Source: a bacterium (GTDB lineage Bacteria; Electryoneota; Electryoneia; Electryoneales; Electryoneaceae). From it: DNA of 64,000 nucleotides. Below the pieces are notes generated by a model, which was given only the letters and a program-made list of their open reading frames with translations, searched no databases and was not told where the DNA came from. A program made the translations under genes and the position numbers. The stretch is taken from the NCBI GenBank assembly GCA_963675295.2, contig CAXXKJ010000002.1, positions 1,504,001 to 1,568,000 of the forward strand, written 5' to 3'. Of this stretch, positions 61,774-64,000 are shown one piece after another. The first letter of the stretch is position 1. Each line of letters starts with the position of its first letter.

Positions 61774-62034
61774 ATGGTTGAAACGGTACAGGCCGCGCGT
61801 AGCGAGCGGCGCGAAAACCTGATTGACAAGACGGTCCGTCAGAACCGTCGCCGGATCCGTCGCAATTACCGGCGGATGCGTGCCCAGGCGCAGGCGCGGA
61901 AGATCGCGCTGGAGATTCGCATGGCGCAGTTCAAGGAAACCACGGAAAAGATTCAGAACGGTGAGCGGCTCGAGTTTTCGAACAACTCCGGCCTGATGAC
62001 GCAGCTCGGCTGGGTGCTCGACCGGTACGTCTGA
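61774..62034 (+). CDS. Small basic protein with YjfB-like C-terminus (LGWVLDRYV)
   Basis: GGAGG RBS before ATG 61774. Confidence 0.55.
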   Translation: MVETVQAARSERRENLIDKTVRQNRRRIRRNYRRMRAQAQARKIALEIRMAQFKETTEKIQNGERLEFSNNSGLMTQLGWVLDRYV

Positions 62035-62054
62035 ACGATTGCATGGAGTTGACA

Positions 62055-62336
62055 ATGGATCCGACGATACAACCGGCCAACCAGCAGCGGTTTTATCCGC
62101 ACCTGGCGTTGTTTGACCCGCCGCAGCCGGAACGTGAGGCGATGGAAGAGGAAATGCGTGTGGATGAGGTGGTCGAAATCGTGACCCGTTACGAAAAGAT
62201 CCCCGACTTTGATTCGAAGGAGGATCAGGTGCAGAGTGAGAAGCACATCGCGTTCTACGCTGAACCGAGCGAAGGGCGCACGTATGGGTCAGTGTTGCGT
62301 GAACGTCCCCTCACCAACCTGGACATCTGGATTTGA
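62055..62336 (+). CDS. Small acidic protein ending NLDIWI
   Basis: GGAG RBS; its stop overlaps the hemW start. Confidence 0.55.
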   Translation: MDPTIQPANQQRFYPHLALFDPPQPEREAMEEEMRVDEVVEIVTRYEKIPDFDSKEDQVQSEKHIAFYAEPSEGRTYGSVLRERPLTNLDIWI

Positions 62337-63520
62337 CCGAATACGCCCACCCTCGCCCGGACCGGTTCGCGCTGTATGTGCATGTGCCATTCTGCGTCCG
62401 GAAATGCCCGTATTGTGCGTTTATTTCCCACGAGTTGCGTGATCCCGCCGAAACGGACGCGGTTGTCGATGCGACTCTGCGTGAGGCTGATTTCTACGTG
62501 GACCAATCCCCGTGGACAGGTGCGACGGTGCACTCGCTGTTTCTCGGTGGCGGGACGCCGTCAATGCTCGCCCCGGATGTGGTGCGGCGGTTGGTTCGGG
62601 GGCTGCGGGAACGGTTTCCGTTCGCCGTGGACGCCGAGTGCAGCATCGAGGTAAACCCGGGCACGTTGACCGATGAGCTGCTGGACGCGTGGCAGGAAGC
62701 GGGCATCAACCGTGTCAGCCTCGGCGTGCAATCGTTGGGCGAGCACACGTTGAAGAAGCTCGGACGCATCCACACGGCGGAGCAGGCACGGCAGTCGTGG
62801 GAGAAGTTGAAAGCGGCTGGGGTGCTTGACCTGAACGTGGATTTGATGTACAGCATCGCGACGGACAACGCGATGCGGGAATGGGCGGACACATTGACGG
62901 AGATCGCAACATGGTCGCCGGACCATCTCAGTGCGTACGCGTTGATTGTCGAGGAGGATACACCGTTCGCGGCGATGCAGGCGCGGGGCAGGCAGGTACG
63001 GCTCGAGGACGATGACGAGTTGGAGCAAATGCGGCTGCTGGCGGAAACCATGGCCGGGGCTGGGTTGTCGCACTACGAGGTGAGCAACTGGGCACGGGCG
63101 GGCAAGCAGTGCCGGCACAATGTGTCATACTGGGACGGCGGTTCATACTTGTCGCTCGGTCCGGCCGCGCACAGTTTTGCTGCGTCCACACGCCGCCGGT
63201 TCTGGAACACACCGGATACGCTGGCGTGGCTGGACGCGGTGCGGGAAACTGGCGCGGGAGTCGGTGGCGAGGAACTGCTGAGTCCGGTGCAGCACCTCGA
63301 GGAACGGATCATGCTGACGCTGCGCATGGTCGCCGGCGGACCGGAGGCGGAGCTGGTGGAGTTGGCGGAAGCTGCCGGAGTGAGCTGGCCGCCGAGTTCG
63401 CTGTCTCGGATGATCGCGGAGGGGTTGCTCGAACGGGACTGTGCGGTTTTGCGGTGTAGTGAGCGCGGGTTGTACGTGGTCGATGCGATCCAGGCACAGC
63501 TGGCGGCGGATTTGAGCTGA
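62333..63520 (+). CDS. hemW: Radical SAM heme chaperone HemW (HemN-like)
   Basis: LYVHVPFCVRKCPYCAF, GGGTPS, NRVSLGVQS, YEVSNWA, RHNVSYW. Confidence 0.9.
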   Translation: MTEYAHPRPDRFALYVHVPFCVRKCPYCAFISHELRDPAETDAVVDATLREADFYVDQSPWTGATVHSLFLGGGTPSMLAPDVVRRLVRGLRERFPFAVDAECSIEVNPGTLTDELLDAWQEAGINRVSLGVQSLGEHTLKKLGRIHTAEQARQSWEKLKAAGVLDLNVDLMYSIATDNAMREWADTLTEIATWSPDHLSAYALIVEEDTPFAAMQARGRQVRLEDDDELEQMRLLAETMAGAGLSHYEVSNWARAGKQCRHNVSYWDGGSYLSLGPAAHSFAASTRRRFWNTPDTLAWLDAVRETGAGVGGEELLSPVQHLEERIMLTLRMVAGGPEAELVELAEAAGVSWPPSSLSRMIAEGLLERDCAVLRCSERGLYVVDAIQAQLAADLS

Positions 63521-63522
63521 GC

Positions 63523-63770
63523 TGCGAGACTAAAGATGCGAGATGTGAGATTTGAGATGTGAGATATGCGACATGAGATGTGAGACTCTGAAGGCTGACG
63601 GCGGTGTGTCATTCTGACCTTCGCGCAGCGAAAGGAAGAATCTACTCAAAGTTACGGAGATGGTTCTCTATCGTCGAGGCAGGTGGTTGTTCCGGCCAGA
63701 TCCTTCATCCGATACTGCCGGATTCAGGATGACACCTTGTACAGCAATCCGCAATCCGCAATCCGCAGCC
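63523..63770. repeat. Degenerate heptamers flanking a GTCATTCTGA...TCAGGATGAC palindromic element
   Basis: GAGATGT-like units 63540-63588; TGTCATTCTGA..GAAGAATCT (63607-63643) inverted with AGATCCTTC..TCAGGATGACA (63698-63734); GCAATCC x3. Confidence 0.75.
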
Positions 63771-64000
63771 CCAAAAAAAGAGGAGCCCGGTCCGAAGACC
63801 GGGCGGGCGCGGAACTCCATGCGAACATGGAGAGAGGAGAATCTGGTTACGGGCTCCGCTACAACCCGTGAATCGTAGTTGTTGTGGGTACGTCCGTATT
63901 CACTCTGTGACGCTGATTCTGAAGATTATGTTCTTTGGGACCTTTTCCCAATCGTTTCAGGACTTTCAATCGCCACTGCCACAATTTCAGCCGCAGCCGT

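Overview
Bacterial window with two parts. The abundant secreted proteins with a C-terminal 'YPNPFN...K..L.K' sorting domain suggest an FCB-superphylum organism (inference). Part 1 (1 to ~16.8 kb) is visibly lower in GC and looks like an integrated island. It carries a type I Zorya-like defence operon (zorA-zorB-zorC-zorD, with zorD running off the left edge and an apparently degenerate C-terminal nuclease domain), secreted and lipoprotein cargo, two pseudogenes and a phage-like module (DUF932-like, Fe-S PD-(D/E)XK nuclease, SSB-like, 33-aa peptide). It ends with a divergent excisionase-like HTH gene and a candidate att site resembling a tRNA 3' end. Part 2 (~16.8-64 kb) is a higher-GC backbone. 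It encodes an aldo/keto reductase, a YbjT-like SDR, polysaccharide genes, a four-gene candidate trans-envelope signalling locus (secreted Ig-like protein, FecR-domain protein, beta-barrel, CHASE2 adenylate cyclase) and an orphan divergent PycC-like cyclase. It also encodes pyruvate dehydrogenase (aceE-aceF-lpdA), an osmoprotectant ABC transporter with an internal amber stop, three tandem Omp28-like paralogs, pduO/ArsR, fbaB, PfpI, three small motility-motif ORFs behind a sigma54-like promoter, and hemW. Backbone intergenic regions repeatedly show 7-bp tandem arrays just after stop codons, next to a covarying REP-like hairpin family. Two genes appear to start at a non-canonical ATC codon. All calls come from reading motifs by eye; no database search was run.
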